From Podarcis liolepis (lineage: Eukaryota): 64,000 nucleotides of DNA. Each line of letters starts with the position of its first letter. Positions within the stretch are counted from its first letter, which is position 1. Below the pieces are notes generated by a model. It was not told the origin of the DNA, searched no databases, and was given only the letters and a program-made list of their open reading frames with translations. The position numbers and the translations under genes were made by a program. Location: assembly GCA_965112155.1 (NCBI GenBank), contig OZ218108.1, one strand, 5' to 3'. Positions 36,196 to 49,289 of the stretch are shown here, in pieces.

Positions 36196-37528
36196 CTTGT
36201 TTATTTGTTGAGCTTGATATATTGCCTTTCCACCAAATCATGTTCAAGGTGGCCGACAGTACTAAGATGAGTATAATGAAACATCAATGATACAAACTTT
36301 TTAAACAACACAAACACACACACACACTCCCACACACACATAAGAATAGACAATTAAAAATTATGACACATTTACAAATTAACTTACGGGCCTGGTTTAA
36401 ATAAAAATGCATTTGCCTGCTGATCAGAGCTGAGGCTAACTGAACCTCTCTTGGTGTCATATACTCGAGTTTGTTGCTGCATAGAAATGAATCCCAAACT
36501 ATGGTTTAATGTGATATCTGGATGTGGTCGTGCAGATATGAATATTAGAGCCCTGCTATCATTTGGGGGAAGGTTAAAAATAAAAATCCTGGGGGCACAG
36601 AGAAATGGCACATGGAAAGGAAGCCAATACAGCAAGTCATAATGAAGAAGATGGTGGTGGTTACTAAATTTGGTTTAGTTCTGAACTAGCTATGTCTTAC
36701 CTAAATTCAATGGTTGCATTGTTCGTGTCTCAGCATGGTGCATCCTGTCTCACAGCAGAGGCAAGCTCCATTTTGTTCCCTTCGTCGTCATGGTGCAAAG
36801 CTTTGAGTGAGTCTCAAAGGTGAAACTGCACATGCTCCAAGTCCTTCTTTGTCCCCCTTCTTATTTTAACCAGGGTAGCAAACTGTGTCTACATTTTATC
36901 TGTTAGTTGTCTTAATGTATCAGAAATACAGAAGCCACTGTAGAACATGGGGTGGCAGTGGTGGAGAGAGAAGAGAAATGTTAGTTGTACATTGCACAGC
37001 TGAATCTGTACACAAGGCCTGTAATACTACATAGGCCAGGGTTTACAACAAGGCTATGCACAGCCCCTCTTGCCAGGCCGAATCACCTACAGATCCTTCG
37101 ATGACAGACCCCTGCAGCCAGCAGGACTGAGGCCTCCACTCACCAACTGGTGAGCAAGGGTTCAATGGGAATACACTGGGTCTGCTTGCCTTTCTTTCTT
37201 CCTGCCCAGTGTTCCAGCCCCAGACTGCCTTGGATGCCCCAACCCAACCCAGAGCAATCCAGGTCTGTTTCCACCCAACTCAGCTGAAGCTTGAATCCCT
37301 CTGAATTGCCCTGATGCATTTCAAAATTAAGACTTCAGCCAAATCCAGTGCACACCAATAGTCTACATTTACCCCATTGATTACTGCAGTAATGCGTCTT
37401 AAGCAATTTAGGTTGCAATCATCTACACTGTTGCCTGGGAATAAGTCCTACTGGACTCAATGAGACTTACTTCTGTGCTGATTTGTACAATATAGCATTG
37501 TACTATAAGGATGCAATTCTATCCCCAC

Positions 37529-37666
37529 CAGTGCTATTTTTCTAGAAAAAGTGGTGCTGGAACTCACCATGAGCACCTCCCTTGTTCTCTTAGAATGGCA
37601 ACAGCGCCCACCTGAGAGGGGCTAGAAGTGAGTTCCAGTGAGTTCCAGCTGGGGAAAAAAGCCCCG
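37529..37666. mobile_element. hAT MITE, same family as 31593-31728
   Basis: Same termini, TSD ATCCCCAC/ATTTCCAC. Confidence 0.8.
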
Positions 37667-37989
37667 ATTTCCACTTACCTGCAAATAAGATCCATTGAAC
37701 ATACCTCTGACTGGACCTAGGCTGCTATGTCAATCACTGCATCGCCATTTTTGGATTTGAAATTGATTTTACTTATGAAACAGTTTTAAAACGCTCTTAC
37801 ATATTTAAGTGTTTTTAATATCTATTGCTGTTGCTCTTACTGTGAAATCACTTTTGGGATACTTTATGGAAAGAGAGTCATCAAACAAATTCAATAAATG
37901 AAATTGATTTGTGGCCACCCCACTTCAAACTCCGGACAACTTCTTTTCCTGCACACGGTATATTGCCACATATATGGAAGAGGCTAAAT

Positions 37990-38235
37990 CATGGGTAGGC
38001 AAACTAAGGCCCGGGGGCCAGATCCAACCCAATCGCCTTCTCATTCCAGCCCACAGACGGTCCGGGAATCAGCCTGTTTTTACATGAGTAGAATGTGTGC
38101 TTTTACTTAAAATGCATCTCTTTGTTATTTCTGGGGCATAGGAATTCGTTCATTTCCCCCAAATATAGTCTGGTCCCCCACAAGGTCTGAGGGACAGTGG
38201 ACTGGCCCCCTGCTGAAAAAGTTTGTTGACCCCTG
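37990..38235. mobile_element. hAT-Charlie-like MITE
   Basis: CATGGGTAGGCAAACT..AGTTTGTTGACCCCTG, subterminal GGCCC motifs, TSD GGCTAAAT/ATCTAAAT. Confidence 0.8.
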
Positions 38236-38429
38236 ATCTAAATGCTCAGTTGAACAGTGCATCTTTCTCCTTTTCCTTTTTGGAATAGCACAGGTGCTGT
38301 GTTGGGTCTTTTTGCTGTGAAAGAAGGGAGTTTGAAATGTACCAAAGGCACACCTGGATGTTACATGTATCTTCTGCTAAGGAGCATACTGCTTAGCAAG
38401 ATCCCGAGCGGGGCAGGGGGGCTTGTAAC

Positions 38430-39300
38430 AACCTGTTTTGACATGGTTCCCCAAGAAATAGCGTGTTTAATTTTACTAGGTGGGTGTGATTATGGGCATG
38501 CATCTCTAGCTGCCTGCGCCTGGTCTAATTATACGCCGTGTGTGCTTTGCCGTGGCTGGCGGCCTGTTGTAGCGTCTTCTATTCAATTAATAATGCTTTT
38601 GCAAATTGGCAAATAGCATTTGGACTAAAATACACAGAGGAGCGCTTCCCGCCTCCAACCCCCCCCCTCAACAAATAAAAAATGTTCTGCCTTTTCTCTA
38701 GTGTAGAACAATTTGTCAAGTAATTAGCCAATCTAATTAAATTTTTGTAGCACTAATCAAACGAATATGCTAAAATTTTCTTTGCCCAGGCAGTTCGCTG
38801 TCTGCTCGCATTTAACTTGATGGTTTGAAAGGGGCCCAACACTGCCTGCCACTCCACTTAATCACCTCATTTGCATTTTATATTGGTAAATCAAATTAAG
38901 CACCAGTGGCTTTTAGTATGATTGACTGTGGTCAGGGCTGTTCAGTTGGGACTTTTTCTTTCTTTCTTTTCACAGAAAATTAGGCACACGTTTTAATATG
39001 AGCGAGGAGGCTGGGCTCTCAGCGTTCCGCAAACGACATTCACTCAGCTAATTAAAAGTGCTTGTTGCCCTTTTTTATTATTTATTTTGCCAGCGTATGA
39101 TAGATTTACCCAGCTGGTGTGTCCATTTTCCCTTTTGCATAATTTCTTGATGGACGTTTTTATTTTGTCCTCTAATAAGGTTTGTCCAAACAACACCTCA
39201 AGCCAAGCTGAAGAGAGAAGTATATAAATAATATTTTGTGGGTGTGATTTAATTGCAGGGGGGGAGGACAACTTATTTATCATAAGCGGAGGGAGGTGGG
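38430..39300. promoter_or_regulatory. Putative conserved developmental enhancer block
   Basis: About 870 bp without repeats, with retained CpGs, multiple TAATTA, ATTTGCAT (38869), GTAAATCA (38886) and TGATTGAC (38919). Confidence 0.5.
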
Positions 39301-39730
39301 TGTCTACACGGAAGACTTCGCTACTGTCTTTCCATACTACGTTTCATGCGCATCACACATGATGGTGATTTTTTTCTGTTCCTTCCAGACTGTCCCTTGA
39401 GATTTTATTTTAATATCAATGCCATTTCTAGTTTACATAGAAGCTAAGAGCTTGCTATGGCATGTTACCTACGTAGGGATGACTACATGCTAGCTTAGGT
39501 ACAAGCCAAGTAACAAAGCCAACATATCCATTTTTGTTGTTGCTGCTGTTGTTTTTTTAATAGTAATAAAAAAAGCTTTGGCAGAACAATATTGAATGGA
39601 TGAATGGTGGAAAGTGGACACTTAACCCCTTCTTCTCTAGCCATTGTTCTTCTCCAAGCTGCTTCTGTTCTCCTGGAGATTAAATCATTGAGCTAGAAGA
39701 CACCTCAAAGAACATCTAGTCCAGCCCTCT

Positions 39731-39969
39731 GCCGGTGTGGTGTAGTGTTCAAATCAAAGTCTGAACCAGAGTTCAAATCCCCATTCACCGGGTGACCTTG
39801 GGACAGTCAATCACTCTCAGCCTAACCTACCTTGCATTGTTGTTGCAATGAAGGAATGGGGAGAACTATCTATGCCTCCTTGAGCTACTTGGAGGAAATG
39901 TAGCTTATAAATTAATTAATTAAACAAATTAAGTATAAATTAATTAATTAAACAAACAAACAAACAAAT
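39731..39969 (+). mobile_element. Squam3A/MIR-like SINE
   Basis: 'gccggtgtggtgtagtg..gttcaaatccc..ctctcagcctaacctacc' with an AT-rich tail. Confidence 0.7.
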
Positions 39970-40021
39970 AGAAACATCCCTGGTAGATAAGTATCCAGCC
40001 TCTTCCAAAAACCTCAAACAA

Positions 40022-40280
40022 AGAAGAAGAAGAAGAAGAAGAGTTTGGATTTGATATCCCGCCTTTCACTCCCTTTAAGGAGTCTCAAAGCGGCTAACAT
40101 TCTCCTTTCCCTTCCTCCCCCACAACAAACACTCTGTGAGGTGAGTGGGGCTGAGAGACTTCAAAGAAGTGTGACTGGCCCAAGGTCACCCAGCAGCTGC
40201 ATGTGGAGGAGCGGAGGCACGAACCCGGTTCCCCAGATTACGAGACTACCACTCTTAACCACTGCACCACACTGGCTCTC
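40022..40280 (-). mobile_element. Squam3B-like SINE
   Basis: Near-identical to 14391-14649. Confidence 0.9.
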
Positions 40281-40471
40281 AAAGGCTCTCAAAGGAGAAT
40301 CCACCACTTTCCAAGGCGTCCTGTCCCAATGGCTAACAGCGTGTACCACCAGGGAATCACCCCCACACCCCCAGTGTTTAGTAGAAATCCCTCTTCTTGT
40401 CATTTGATCCTATCGATGCGGGTTGCACCATCTGCAGCAGGAGAAAGCTCATTTGCTCCATCTTCTCTGTG

Positions 40472-40590
40472 CATCATGGACTGGTTGGACACAGAGGAAT
40501 GGTGGGAGGAACCATCAGGGAACCCGCTAAGGGAAGAAGGCTCTGAGCCCAGGGTTTGGTAGTGTGAAGATGATGGGAGAAGACTGGAAC
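40472..40590 (+). mobile_element. 5' fragment of an LTR-like lizard repeat
   Basis: 'catggactggttggacacagaggaatggtgggaggaacc..' resembles a recalled lacertid LTR start and interrupts the CR1. Confidence 0.4.
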
Positions 40591-41115
40591 AAAGATGGCT
40601 CTTAATTATCACGTTGCTTCTTTGCCGTGCGAAAACATACAGAACTGCTTCAGCCTTTCCTCATCAGATTCAGCCTCAAGGTCCCTCACTTCCTCTGTCA
40701 CTCTCTACTGGACACATTTCTGCATGTTGATGGCCTTCTTAAAACTCTACTGCAATTCCCAGAATTAGAGTCATTTTCCAGACATATCTTTACCCTGCAA
40801 ATTTGAAACTCTGGGAATCAGGTCGATAGACTGCAATATGGGGGAGATAAATGGCAGGCAGGAAAGGTGTTAAGAATCCCCAACACAATCACACCTTTTT
40901 GCAGCTTCCTTGAGCTCCCTTTTCTTTTATGTATTTATCAAAGGCAGTCATGTCCTTGCAACATGCCTTTCTGTGTAATGCCTTTTGCCTTATATGATTC
41001 AGAAGCCCACCATAGCAAGCTGAATCCAATTCAGCTTCCTGTGGTGCAGTCCTATAAGCACCAACCTGGGAGTAAGCCGAACCAGGTTGAGTAGACTTAA
41101 ACAGCAAATCCCTAT

Positions 41116-41555
41116 TTAAGGATGCTGGGAGAAACTGAATTCAGTTCACATTTAAAGGGGAGCCTTCCTGATTTGCACCTCCCTATTAAATAAATATATA
41201 AATAGAGAGCCAAAGCTGTTCTTCGAAATTTGCACTCAAACGAATTTTGCAATGCAGTTCTCTGGCCAAGTAATGTGTACAAAAATGCATGTATTAGGGC
41301 AAAATGTAAACAGAATGCATGCATTGGTTAAAAAAGAAACCTACTACAAGGCATTATATTGGAGAAAATGGCTTTGCAAAAAAAAATGTAAAGGGGAAAT
41401 TTCATACAAGAATGGTTATATTAGCAGATGAATTTTCATGATGACTTTTTTTAAAAAAAAAATGCAAATCAATGTGGAAATGTGGAGAATTGAACTCACA
41501 ACTGGAAAGATAAGAAACTGAGCAAAACAGAAATGAATAAGTTTGCCTGTCTCTG
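41116..41555 (-). repeat. Longest copy of the repeat family at 845-1030, 35915-36195 and 43275-43540 (probable DNA-transposon derivative)
   Basis: Mutual similarity among four copies in the window. Confidence 0.6.
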
Positions 41556-42589
41556 TAGTCATAATGCAGAGATGTTTTCATATAGGTATTTTCCCCTTCC
41601 CAGTTTATCCTGGAGATAAAGTCTTTTCCTAGTAGTGTTTACAAATGAGAGTATGAGAGTGGTGGATGAGAAGAGTGTAAAATATTGTTATCAGGAACAA
41701 AAAAGAAGAAATTATATAGAATATATGTGATTATTGGCTTCTAGTCTGTCCTGCTTGAGGTCAGATTTTCAGGGCACATACAGCTGTGGAGGTTTTCAGA
41801 AGGAGAGAGGGGTGGTGATATATTGTGTATGCTTCAAAAATCTTCCATAAAATGTTAAAAAAATATATTTCCACTTAATATAAAATGTGTTCCTTTAGTT
41901 TTGTCATTTCATCATTTCTATTATTCATTTGTGGTGACTTTTAACCTCGGTTTTATGTGGGAATGCACATAATGTCTTCAGAAAATGTTCATCATAATAG
42001 CGAAAAGTTGAATGGGTGTATTGTATATGTTAAATTGAATACTTCAGTGTCGCCTCAAGGTCATGAACTTGCCCTGAAAATGTTCGCTATGTTGCCAGGG
42101 TCCAAGCTTTAAAGGTAGAATTCAAGGCCTGGTCCTCTAACTTCCAACCAATAAGCAGTGCCTTGATATGTCTTTGTTGCTTATCAGTCACTGTTATGAC
42201 TACTAAAAAGGTCACAGAGGACCTATGGCACCATAAAGGTTATTTGTGTTATTCTAAGGAGGAAGTTTAGACATCTGATATACTACCAAGATAATACAGA
42301 CACTCGTCCTGATTTTGACAACTGAGCTGGACTGTGGTTTGCTCCAAGTTTAAACAGAAAATGAAAAAGAAAGACTCCCTTTTATTTTGTCTAAAACCAT
42401 AGGGAGTTTAGGACCTTCTCTGCCAGCTGTCGTTTAAAAGGCTGCTTTACATCACCCTATAACAACTACAAAACCCGAATTTGAAATACGTTATTTGTAA
42501 TGGTGTATTTGCACTTGACACTCAGTTCTATGATTAAGGCTAGCAACATATGCACCAGTGTTCATCGTTAATGTTTACTGAAACACAAA

Positions 42590-42755
42590 AGGCAGCGTAG
42601 TGTAGTAGTTAGAGTCTTGGATCACAATCTTGGAAGCTTCAAATCCCTACTCAACCATGAAACACCGTCTCTCAGCCTAACCTACTTCACAGGGTTGTTG
42701 TGAGATGAAAAGGGGGGGGGGAATAGGTGACCACTTTGGAGGAAAGGGGCATGTA
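42590..42755 (+). mobile_element. Squam3A/MIR-like SINE, internally deleted
   Basis: A box 'gtagtgtagtagttagag' and 'ctcagcctaacctacttcacagggttgttgtgag'. Confidence 0.65.
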
Positions 42756-44048
42756 ATCACCACTATCACATTGAATATGGTTCAACCTGTAGCATCTAAG
42801 GTAAGTTTGGTTCAGGAATACCTCTGGCACATGATATCTGTTGGCCTCTGCCTTGACCCACCTCACAAACTGAGAGTCTGGGAGCCACAGTTTAAAAGTT
42901 CCCACAGTGACCTGGCACATTTAGGGTTGGTGTCACTAAGAAAAGAACACAATTTTTCATAAATTTTAATTCCATAGAAATATGATCAATCTTGTGTGGG
43001 AGATGGTGACCTCAGCAGCTGTGTGCCTATCTGGTCAATCTTTTGGCCAAGCACTCCTGATTGGAATCTTCAAGGTTCTCTGTTCTTCCTTCATATGGCT
43101 CTTTATGTGCAAACCATCATGCGATCGGGCAACTCTTCAAATAGAAGACTGACCTCTGTAAAGCGTAATTATATACTTTATTAACTTTAATTATAATCAT
43201 ATTTTATGTTAGAAACTTGTGTAATTAAGATATATACATATACGTGTGTGTGTGTGAGAGAGAGAGAGAGATTTTATATGCTATTTTCACTATAGATACA
43301 TTTATATGCACGCTTTACCCTAGCATACACATTTTTCTACACACTTCTTGGCTGGAGAACTTGGAGCACTGCAAAATTTGGAGAAGTGTGAATTTCAAAG
43401 GATCTTAGAATTGTGGGGTTGGAAAGGATGCCAAGGATCATCTAGACCAACCCCCTGCAATGGATGGCACACATATTGTTTTTGAAAGGGTCAATTAAGT
43501 AGGTTCACTTGTAAAGGCAATCTTCTCCCTCCTTCCTAACTGAGAGTACCTTGCCTGGTGTCCATACAGACACACCAGTCCTTGAAATGGCTGAATGTAG
43601 ATTGCTCATAGGAGCAAACCACTCAATACAATTCTAGGCATGTTTACTCTGCCTTTGATGAAATGACCAAAACAACATCAGCGTATCGGAAATGGTCCAA
43701 ATCTTTCAGGTCAGAGTGGAAATACTCAACACAGAGATGCCATTTCTTCCCTTTTGTGGCAGCCTCATGCCCATAGCTGTCAACTTTTCTCTTTTATTGC
43801 AAGGAATCCTATTTGGAATAAGGGAATTTCCCTTTTAAAAAGGGAAAGATTGACACCTATGTTCATGCCAGGCACAACAGGCACTTCAGCCTTAGCATTT
43901 GATCTTCATCAGTTTCTAAGGAGTTGCTTTACTGAGCAATGGTCAAATGTGAGTTTCTCTTCACCATCTCACACCACAGAGAATGCTGTAAAGAATTTGT
44001 TTTGTTCCCCTGAAGTCTCCTTTCACAATCTCCCTTGTTGGTCTACTC

Positions 44049-44347
44049 CAGGGGTCGGCAAGGTTTTACCTGCCTGGGCCGGTCAAGTCCCGCGGATCTC
44101 TGTGGGCCAGATTGTGCGTGCGCATGAGCATGTGTGTGTGTGTGTGTGTGTGTGATTTCTGGCATCTGGGCATGCACAGACGTGATGTCTAGCACTGCGG
44201 AAGTGAGTTCCTTCACCGCGCTGCGGCGGTTTAGCGCAGCGCACGTGGACTCACCGAGTGGGCGGCTTGGTTTGGGGGCAGCTTATGGGCCGGTTAAATT
44301 GCCCCCCTGAACTGCTTGCAGCCCATGGGCCACAGGTTGCTGACCCG
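44049..44347. mobile_element. hAT-Charlie-like MITE
   Basis: CAGGGGTCGGCAA..TTGCTGACCCG, TSD GTCTACTC/TTCTACTC. Confidence 0.8.
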
Positions 44348-45487
44348 TTCTACTCCTTTCCTAGCTGACTTCCTGCTCCTGATATATTTAAAGAATTGTT
44401 TGTCTATTTGTTTTTACGTCTCCAGCAATTTGCTTCTTCAACTCCTTCTTTGTGTATCCTATCAACTTTAATTTGTTTTGCTAAAACGTTTGTGTTCCTG
44501 TTGTTTCTTTGCATCTGACAAGGGCTTTTAAAAGGAAGCTTTCTTGCCTTTCCTGGCTTCTTTGGCACTGTCGTTTAACTATACTGGCATTCTCTTGGGC
44601 TGGTTCACTACATTTTAACTTCCTTTCTTAATAACTCCAAGGTTACTGAATGGATTCTACACCCATGACTCTCTCTCAGATTGTTTAAATAATTGTCTTT
44701 TTTCTGAATTGTTTTTGAACCAAATGTGTTGCTGCTGAACCTTCTAGGCAATTTTCCATTCCCACATATTTACTGAATTTGATAATATTGTTCAACAACA
44801 CTTACATCTCTGAGCTGAGGTACCACTCTGTATTAAATCAGAAATTGCTTTCCTCTCATAAGTTTCATGTTGAACGGTTGTGAGGCACATTGCTATATCA
44901 TTCCTAGAAGTACTGTCTCTGTGTGAGAGAGATCTCAAGATATCAATTTATAAAGATTTATAAATCAAAAAACTCTCTGAGTGGTGTGCATAATAAAATT
45001 GTTGATGAAACACAGTTAAAACCCACAAAACTATTTTTAAAAAACCAAATATACACAAAATAATTATCATTAAAGTACTGACAAAAATGAAAGTGCATTT
45101 CCATGTACATCCATGTGACTTTGTATTTTATATGGGTTTTTTGGAAATAAAATGATAAAATACACTTTTATAAAGTATCTTTAAAGTATTACCTTTTTGA
45201 AAACCCACACTGATTTATTTTTTAAAAAAATGAAGAACAGTATAACAAGAGAAATAATGAATAACGTTCACCTACCGTAGTCTAGGCAAGCATAACTGAA
45301 GTCACCTATTATCACATTTTCGCTTTGGGCTACTGGCCTGATTTCATTCTCCTGCCATTTCTACCAGGAATGATCTTGTGGTTGAATTTGTTCCTCTTGA
45401 AGTTTCTAATTTATTGCCCTCAGTGCCCTAATCATCCTAGAAAGTAGCAAAAGTGACCTGCTCTGTATTTGTTCTGTGGATTTACAC

Positions 45488-45623
45488 CAGGCTTCCTCAA
45501 CCTTGGTCCTCCAGATGTTTTGAGACTACAATTCCCATCATCCTTGACCACTGGTCCTGCTAGCTAGGGATCATGGGAGTTGTAGGCCAAAAACACCTGG
45601 AGGGCCGAGGTTGAGGAAGCCTG
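45488..45623. mobile_element. Palindromic hAT MITE (136 bp)
   Basis: TIR CAGGCTTCCTCAACCT, near-fully palindromic body, perfect TSD ATTTACAC. Confidence 0.92.
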
Positions 45624-46034
45624 ATTTACACCCAGAACTAACTCTCTCATTGATTACCTATGATCCACCATGTCTCATAGTCCCACTCTAACTTTCTTAC
45701 CTTCTAATACCAGAAACTCTTAACTCATCTTATATACATATATAACCAGGTTGGCTCTCCCTGCAGTGCTTTACACAATCATAGAATCATAGAACTGTGG
45801 ATTTGGAAGGGACTACAAGGCTCATCTAGATGCATGCAAGGGATAGGACACTGGCAGTGAGATTTGTCTACTTTGGTATTCTTTGAGGAGGCAACCCACT
45901 CTCACACTCTTCCATTCCAAAAGTGAGTCACCATCCAGCTTGTCCATACAAGCCCACTTGGGGGACACAGAACAAGTTAGCATCTTAGAGTGATAGTGGC
46001 AGATCTATTATTCAAAATCAGAAATTTATCTGGA

Positions 46035-46220
46035 CATAGGAGCCAACTCCTAGGGGCAGGATCCCTTTGCTGCCCCCCATAAAATATTTGAGGGGGCTGA
46101 GCCCCCTCAAAGTTGTTGGGCATTACCATTCAAATGGTATGTGTGCACCATGTCATTTGATTGATTATGCAGGGCGGGGCTTACCTGCCCCCCCAATATT
46201 TTAGTCAAGTTGGCACCCCG
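46035..46220. mobile_element. hAT MITE
   Basis: CATAGGAGCCAACT..AGTTGGCACCCCG, TSD TATCTGGA/TATCTAGA. Confidence 0.78.
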
Positions 46221-46769
46221 TATCTAGAGGTACATTTGAACAAAAAGAGGCTTCTAAGTATCCTAGAGGAAATGGAGACTTTACATAGGAGGTTAAAGTA
46301 TATTACATACATTAGTTTAGGCAGTATCTAAATTATACTCATAGTAGACCCATTGGAATCAATATACCTACGTTCATTATTTTCAGTGATTCTCCTCTGA
46401 GTATGTCCAATGCTGGATATCATCCTTTATCTCAGTAAGGACTCATTCACACTTCCACTTTACCCACCATTTTCACCCAGGAAAATCTGCTGTTTACTGA
46501 ATCAGAACAAACGTCAATAGGTTTTTTCTGTGGGTTAATGTTTGTTCCGATTTGGTGATAAATGGCAGTCTTTCCCAGAGAAAGTGGCAGGGCAAACAGA
46601 AAACCACTTGGACCCATGCCTAAAAAGTGTGCAACAAGCAAAAATAACCCTCTCGGACCCATGCTTTCTATGTACATGGCAAGTGGTAGTGTGGTATAGC
46701 CCCAACTGTGGTAGTGTGGTATAGCCCCAACTGCTATACCAATAACTACTCAGGAAAATTAAGTCAGTG

Positions 46770-46910
46770 TTATTATCCCCATACTACAGGTGAGGAACTG
46801 GGGCTTAGAGAAAATGTAGCCTGCCCCAAGCCCACCTGGTGAGTGGCAGAGGTGACATTTGAACCAGAGACATCCTGGGTCACACAGCTCCATCTCCCAG
46901 GCACTCCATG
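46770..46910 (-). mobile_element. MIR-like CORE SINE remnant
   Basis: 'ttattatccccatactacaggtgaggaactggggcttagaga..cccaag..atttgaacc'. Confidence 0.65.
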
Positions 46911-47707
46911 ACATCAGGTCCTGCAAGCTCGGTGGAAGCAGCAGCGGTAGATGTGAGCCCATATGTAAAAGCCATGTGGATGTGTCCTGAATCTAAGCAG
47001 ATCAGCTGATTCAGAACAAAGAAGAGCCCTCAGAAGCTCTTTATATCATACCAAAATAACAGTGTTTGATTGAACAGATCCTATAAAGACAACAGGTTTC
47101 TTCCTTATTTGGTTTATTATTAGCTTAGTGATAAAGTACTGTGTTGGCCAGTTCACTCAGTAGAGGGTTTGTTTGGTCTCTTTGTGTGGTATTTATAGCC
47201 TGGTCTGGTTAATGTCAATCTTCACTTTATTGGTAGTCTCTTAAATCCTGAAATTTTACCCAGACTTTTACTAATAAACCAAATCTTTGCAGAGAAAAGC
47301 TATATATGCTCCCAGCATAGCCAGTGAAATCCTTCAAGAAAGAACCTTTAACATATGTCTTTTCAACCTGTGTATGGTTATATTTCATCGCTATTCTTTC
47401 CTTGCTCGGTAGGGACAGGAATTCAGTTCTCATTGTTCATTCCGCTGAGGTCTTGACCATTTTCATTTATATGCATAAGACCCTTTTGTTGCACACCATC
47501 AGGGATTTTTTTTTATTATTAGTTTCCATTGTCAACAAGAGACAAAAGAAACAAACAAAGCATAAGAATCCATGTACCAGCAGAACAATAGGATTTTTTT
47601 CCAGCTACATTCTTTAATATTTGTTATTCGGTGGAGCAGTATAGTTGTGATTCCAGTGAGAGAGAGATTAACATTTCCAACACTATACATTAGTCCCCCC
47701 CCCCCAT

Positions 47708-47915
47708 TACATTTATATCCCATCTTTCCTCCAAGGAGCTCAAGACAGCATACATGGCTCTCCTCCCCCCAATTTTATCCTCACAACAACCCTGTGAGGT
47801 AGGTTGATCGAGGAGGTAAAGATTGGCCCAATGTCACTCAGTGAACTTCATGGCTCAGTGGGGATTTGTACCCAGGTTTCTCAGTTCTTAGTCCAGCACT
47901 TAACTACTACATCAC
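47708..47915 (-). mobile_element. Squam3A/MIR-like SINE
   Basis: Reverse complement of 5392-5610. Confidence 0.7.
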
Positions 47916-48436
47916 CTGTTAGCATACCAACATTGCATTGCTGCATGACAAAGGAACCAGGTTAAATCTGAGACAGAGGTGTCTGTTTTCCAAGTCATGG
48001 CTGAGACCTGAAATATATTAATTAATAATACCAACAGAAGCCATAAGCATGTGAAGTGCATTGTATGTATGACAGCAAGGCTCCCAGAAATACTAGCACC
48101 TATTGCCTCTCTTAAATATTTCGTTCCCACCGGCAGTAACTGCACAATAGTTCTGTTGCATTGTTGTTCTTGCATTTTTGTATAACCACTGCCTTGCCAG
48201 GGCCGCATTCAAATTTCCCTTTGCTGAGATGGTTCTAGAGGTCATAATGGAACATAGTGGCAGAGGCAAGGGGACAGGTTGTCTCACACCATTACAGCTC
48301 TTTATAAGCCACAGACAGTGAACCTTTTTCAAACCAAAGATTGCATTCCCTTCTGCGCAACCTTCCACTACATGTTAATGGTGGGCAAGTGAGAGGAACA
48401 ATGAATATACATTTTACATTAGAACAGTCATCTAGT

Positions 48437-48438
<2 letters not shown>

Positions 48439-48476
<38 letters not shown>
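48439..48476. repeat. (CA)n microsatellite
   Basis: Direct reading. Confidence 0.95.
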
Positions 48477-48479
<3 letters not shown>

Positions 48480-49289
48480 ACCTGTAATTAAGAAGCATTA
48501 TCAAAGTTAGAGGACCTTTTCCAGCCAGGAATGGGGAGAGCACATGTACCCCTTCCTCTTTCTCCAGGAATAGCTGAATAAAACTATAGCATCTGCTTCT
48601 ATGGAAAAAGCATGCACAGTATACCTAATCCACCTTTCCATCCAGAATAAGCCCCTGGGAAGCTCATAAAACTCTTAATGTCTAAGATTGGAGTTAGCGC
48701 CTTAAATTCAAAGGAAGTAGGATACACCAAGGATTGGGTTAATAAGTTTCAGCCTCCTTACAACTTCTATTTCCTACCCCCTCCCCACGAAGCACTCAAA
48801 CGGACAAGGAAGGATTTTTTTTTGGGGGGGGGAGGGTTGCTACTCCACAAAAGAAGCACATCTGAAGGTGGACCTACCCATCTGCAACTGTTACAGCCTT
48901 CTTGGCAAAGGGGGTGTGACTTGGTGATTTATTTATTTTTAAAGGCTCCCCTGGACTAAAAGTTGAAAACCCAATGGGAGCACTACAATTAGTTTCTGCC
49001 AATGAAATTTATGCATGAGGTTCTTCCTAGGTTTTCCCTCCCCCCCCCCCCCATAAATGAAAGCACCATCATGACATTCGATAGATGTACCAGTTCCCCC
49101 TCCAAAGAAAAAAATCCTTCCCCCCTCCCTTGACTTTCATTTTGTTTCTTTCCTCCTTTCTGATGCTACTATGTATAGCAGCAGCTATGGGAAACACAAT
49201 ATATTGGACCTGTGTGAGTTCTCCCCTTTGTTCTGGAGGCTGTGGAAATTGTGGCTGTGCTTATCTCGCTGAGTAATGAGCTCCAAAGC

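Larger units (their letters stand above)
39684..40670 (-). mobile_element. Old CR1 3' fragment carrying three later insertions
   Basis: CR1 pieces at about 39684-39730, 39972-40020, 40285-40470 and 40590-40670 are collinear with 15955-16340. Confidence 0.6.

Noticed and set aside
37672-37690. Minus-strand TTTGCAG|GTAAGT, a textbook recursive splice motif
   Set aside because: It falls in a small interspersed repeat next to a MITE TSD and has a poor pyrimidine tract
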